Assembly (NCBI RefSeq): GCF_009914755.1
Contig: NC_060927.1
Length of the DNA stretch: 64,000 nt
Origin: the human T2T-CHM13v2.0 reference genome, Homo sapiens
Strand: one strand, 5' to 3'
Numbering within the stretch: the first letter of the stretch is position 1; each line of letters starts with the position of its first letter. The notes beneath the pieces were generated by a model. That model was not told the origin of the DNA and did not search any database. It saw only the letters and a program-made list of their open reading frames with translations. Shown in pieces: positions 58,641-64,000 of this stretch. Both the position numbers and the translations under genes were made by a program.

Positions 58641-59158
58641 CACCGTCCAGTTTTCCAATATCCACTGTTAGCACTGAACAATTGTGTCAATTGCATTTCC
58701 AATCCTCCTAAACAATGCAATTTTGATATATAAACAGCAGTTTTTACGTTCTTCCAGAAACAGATCAACGGGAACAGGTAAAACAATTGGCCGGTGCTTG
58801 CCTACCCCGTCCGCACCCACACCCACAGTTCTCTCTAGAATAATACTAACAAAAATAATAATGCAAGATAACGATTTTGGAGAACGTACCATGTGTCATT
58901 GTTGTGGGTACTTTATATGGATGCACTTATTTTATCTTCACCAATAACACTATGAGGTGGGTGCTATGTGATAAAACTATGGTGAGGACACTGAGCCACA
59001 GACAGCTTAGTAATTTGCCGAGGGCTGCATGACTGGCAAGTAGCAGGACATCACTAAAGAAGGTACAACATTCAAAGCTTCCTGGAAGAGCGTCCTGCCT
59101 GCTGGAAGGAGGAGCTTTGGAATGTCTTAGCCATCCTTTACTATAAGAAAGCGAGGCA

Positions 59159-59866
<708 letters not shown>

Positions 59867-60552
59867 TCAACAAGAAAGAAAAAAAATCCATGAAATATTT
59901 TTATACATGATGTTTGTCACTTGTTTCATTCATGAATTCATCCAGAGCAGACACCAGGTGGGTCTGAGGAGGCCAGCATTGCCCAGTGCAAATTACACTG
60001 AACCTAGCCCTGGACAGTGCCCGAGACAAAATTCTGCCTAAATGTTCAACCCTGGCCATGCGTTAGAATCGCTGGGGGAGATTTAAACAAAATGATATCT
60101 GGGTAACCCCAGTGTTAGGGAGGCAGGAGCCTAGAAGAGACAGAGTAAGATCGTCTGAAAATCAACTCCATCCCAAAGCTAGCAAGGCATATTCCTTGCC
60201 AATCATGACCCATGGTCCTAAGATGTTTACAGCTCAGGAAGCAGCTTGGGAATGGCTTGCAAGAACAAACCCCTACAACAACAGAGAGTCCAGGTGTCCC
60301 AGTACCCGCGCTGCGCCCAGGAGAAACTGAGATAAAACGAAGCCTCGGGAAGGGAAACCCCAGACGCTCGACTTTGTGACACAAAGGCCCCAGAGGGGAG
60401 GGTGGCTTTGCCTGCTCAGCACACATCATGGCTGCTGCTAAGGAGAAGGAAAAGGTTTGAGGTGTAGGGGCAGCCTGGGCCAGCTGAGTGGCAGCTTCAT
60501 TCTCCCAGCAGCTGAGTGCAAGCTGCCCACTCACTAGAGCTGTTCTCCCTTG

Positions 60553-61281
<729 letters not shown>

Positions 61282-61922
61282 TAGCCCCCGGCTGAGCCAC
61301 TGCACAACCTGCTACCTGGTTTCCAGCTGTATTGTGGACTGGCCTGGGAGAAAGGCTCGGGCAGGGAGGGAGGAGGGAACCAGATGTACAGCAGGCCCCC
61401 AGGAGCTCCTGGCCACCGGGACAAATCAGCCACATGGGATGAAAACACAAGGCAGAAAGAGGCCAGCGCAGGCCAGTGCCGGGGAGTTCAGAGGAGGCGA
61501 AGCGGCAGGAAGCACCGGCCACGGGAAAGGCTGCATTGGATCTTGGGCCTTAAGGAGGGCTCCAAGTAGAGCAGGAAACTTGTGAAGAAGAGCCTGAGCT
61601 AAGGAATGGGGAAGGGCAAGGGCGAGGGGTCAGGGCTGTAGAGGGGCGACGAGGAGGAAGAGATAAGGCTGGAAGCCCAGATGAGCTGATTCTGCAGGGC
61701 CCTGGGGCAGAGTGAGGAGGGTGCATGTTGATGAAGGAGGCCCCAGGCAGTTATTGAAGGTCTTGCAGAAGAGGGACATGCTTCTGCCAGCGCTTCAGGC
61801 AGCTGGCCCAGCGAAATCTTATGAGAGCAAGAGGCAGGGAACAGTGAGAGCTGTTGCCTGGTTTGAGATGAGAGCCTAGAGGGCAAGGGATGCCAAGGGA
61901 AGAGAATCAAAAAGTTTCAGCA

Positions 61923-62303
<381 letters not shown>

Positions 62304-62635
62304 CTACACTGATAGGCCTGCAAAAATTACAAAGACATCATGCCAAGTGTGGGTCAGGGTGAGGGCATCGGGGAACCTCCAGGTGCCACTGGCATAGCCC
62401 CCTGAGAACAAGCCAGCAGGTCTAAGTCTAAGGAAGGGTTTGGTGGGGGAGTCAAGCGGGTGGTGTTGGGAGATGTGAGAGGGGGAGCCTGGGCTGAGTC
62501 TCGGGTTTCTCTCCTGGGTGGCTGAAAGACAGTGAGGCCAGGAACCAAGGGCGGGGGCAGGTATGGGGGAAGGAAGGTGTGACATGCCCGCATTAGACTA
62601 GGAAACACAATGTCTTCCTCATTTCCTGTGGGGCA

Positions 62636-62773
62636 TTTTATTTCTTATTTATTTTTTAGAGACGGGGTCTCACTATGTTGGCCAGGCTAGCCTTGAACTC
62701 CTGGCCTCTAGTGATCCTCCCACCCCAGCCTCCTGAGTAGCTGGGACTATAGGCGTACACCACTGAGCTTGGC
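62636..62773 (-). mobile_element. FLAM/AluJ monomer
   Basis: single antisense Alu arm. Confidence 0.85.
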
Positions 62774-63389
62774 TTGTGGGGCTACTTAAAAAAAAGAAAA
62801 AAGAAAAAAGAAACAGGCTTCCTGAGGCTCAAATCAATTACATTCTAAGGTGATGGAAGCTGATTCACAGATTCACCAAAGCAACAGACACCCAAATTCA
62901 TTTGGTTTAAGAATAACCTTGCCCAGACCCTTCCGAGATTGGGGATCTTGGCCTTGGGCTGCTGGCTCCAGCCTGGATGTGTTGCCACTCTCTGGGAAAA
63001 CGACCCCATGTCTAGCACATAGCAGGAGCTTCGGAAATCCCCATCGCCTGAATGCCTGTCTGAGCCACAGACACGTCCTGTCCGCTGGCAGGGATAAAGG
63101 GATAGGAAAATCCAGCAGACATTTCTCTCAATTAAATTTCCCCCTCAAAACATAACCCTGCATTAAATTACAACATCAGAATTTCTCTCTGCCAAATGAT
63201 GTTGGGGAAAGAGCATGGCCAACAGCCAGCTCAGGCCAAGGAGAGATCAGTGAAGAAGCAGCTCCCAGTGTGCCCTGCTCCCCGGGGCACCTCGTGCCCC
63301 GTCTCCTGGTGATGTGTCTGGTCTGGCCCAGCAGTAACGTTTTCCATGGGTTCTGGACTAGAACTCAGCACACGCGGCTCCCACACCTC

Positions 63390-63715
63390 TTTTCTTTCTT
63401 TCTTTCTTTCTTTTTTTTTTTTTTTGAGACAGAGTTTCGCTCTTGTTGCCCAGGCTGGAGTGTAATGGTGTGATCTCAGCTCACCACAACCTCTACCTCC
63501 CAGGTCCCGGGACAAGCAGTTCTCCTGCCTCAGCCTCCTGAGTAGCTGGGATTACAGGCACGTGCCACCACACCCAGCTAATTTTTTTTTGTATTTTTAG
63601 TAGAAACGGGGTTTCACCGTGTTGGCTAGGCTGGTCTCAAACTCCTGACCTCGTGATCTGCCCGCCTCAGCCTCCCAAAGTGCTAGGATTACAGGCGTGA
63701 GCCACCGCACCCGGC
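63390..63715 (-). mobile_element. AluS
   Basis: antisense Alu, TSD CCCACACCTCTTTTCTT. Confidence 0.95.
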
Positions 63716-63938
63716 ACCCACACCTCTTTTCTTCACATTCTTCAGCCTTTGGCAAATCACAGCTCCTCTGTGGGCCCCAGTTTCCTCCTCTGTGTAAGAA
63801 GGAGATTGCCTCTCAATGCTGGCTGAACCCTTCAGTCGCTTGGGGAGGCTTTTAAAAACCGGTAGTAACAAAAATCAAAACGCCGCTGCCTGGGCCCCGT
63901 TTTCTGAGATCCTGATTCAATTAGCCGGGTGTTGGTGG

Positions 63939-64000
63939 TGTGACCAGAAAAGGGTCTCAGTCCAGACCCCGAAAGAGGGTTCTCGGATCTCACGCGGGAA
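63939..64000 (-). mobile_element. MER41-type ERV1 LTR end (runs off the window)
   Basis: TGTGACCAGAAAAGGGTCTCAGTCCAGACCCCGAAAGAGGGTTCTCGGATCTC matches the reverse complement of the MER41 3' terminus as I recall it. Confidence 0.7.

Overview
Human (or great-ape) genomic DNA, repeat-rich, with no intact protein-coding gene that I can support. The long ORFs in the track derive from Alu or simple repeats. Contents: about 20 Alus (one nested, one double insertion sharing a target site), two old L1 3' ends, L2/MIR/CR1 fragments, MER5/MER47 DNA transposons, a full-length LTR-int-LTR MSTB MaLR, MLT1F/MLT2/LTR16-33-like/MER41 LTRs, three CpG islands, several CTCF-like motifs and two ~1.55-kb CA-rich degenerate tandem arrays. 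The main discovery is a heavily decayed, frameshifted, apparently single-exon leucine-rich-repeat gene on the minus strand (~54960-56200). Its ~24-aa LRRs resemble CPN2/LRRC15/GP5. This, together with my recall of local landmarks, suggests human 3q29 just downstream of CPN2 (LINC00887 region), making the relic a candidate lost fourth member of that tandem LRR cluster. The locus identity and repeat subfamily names come from memory and were not verified by alignment.
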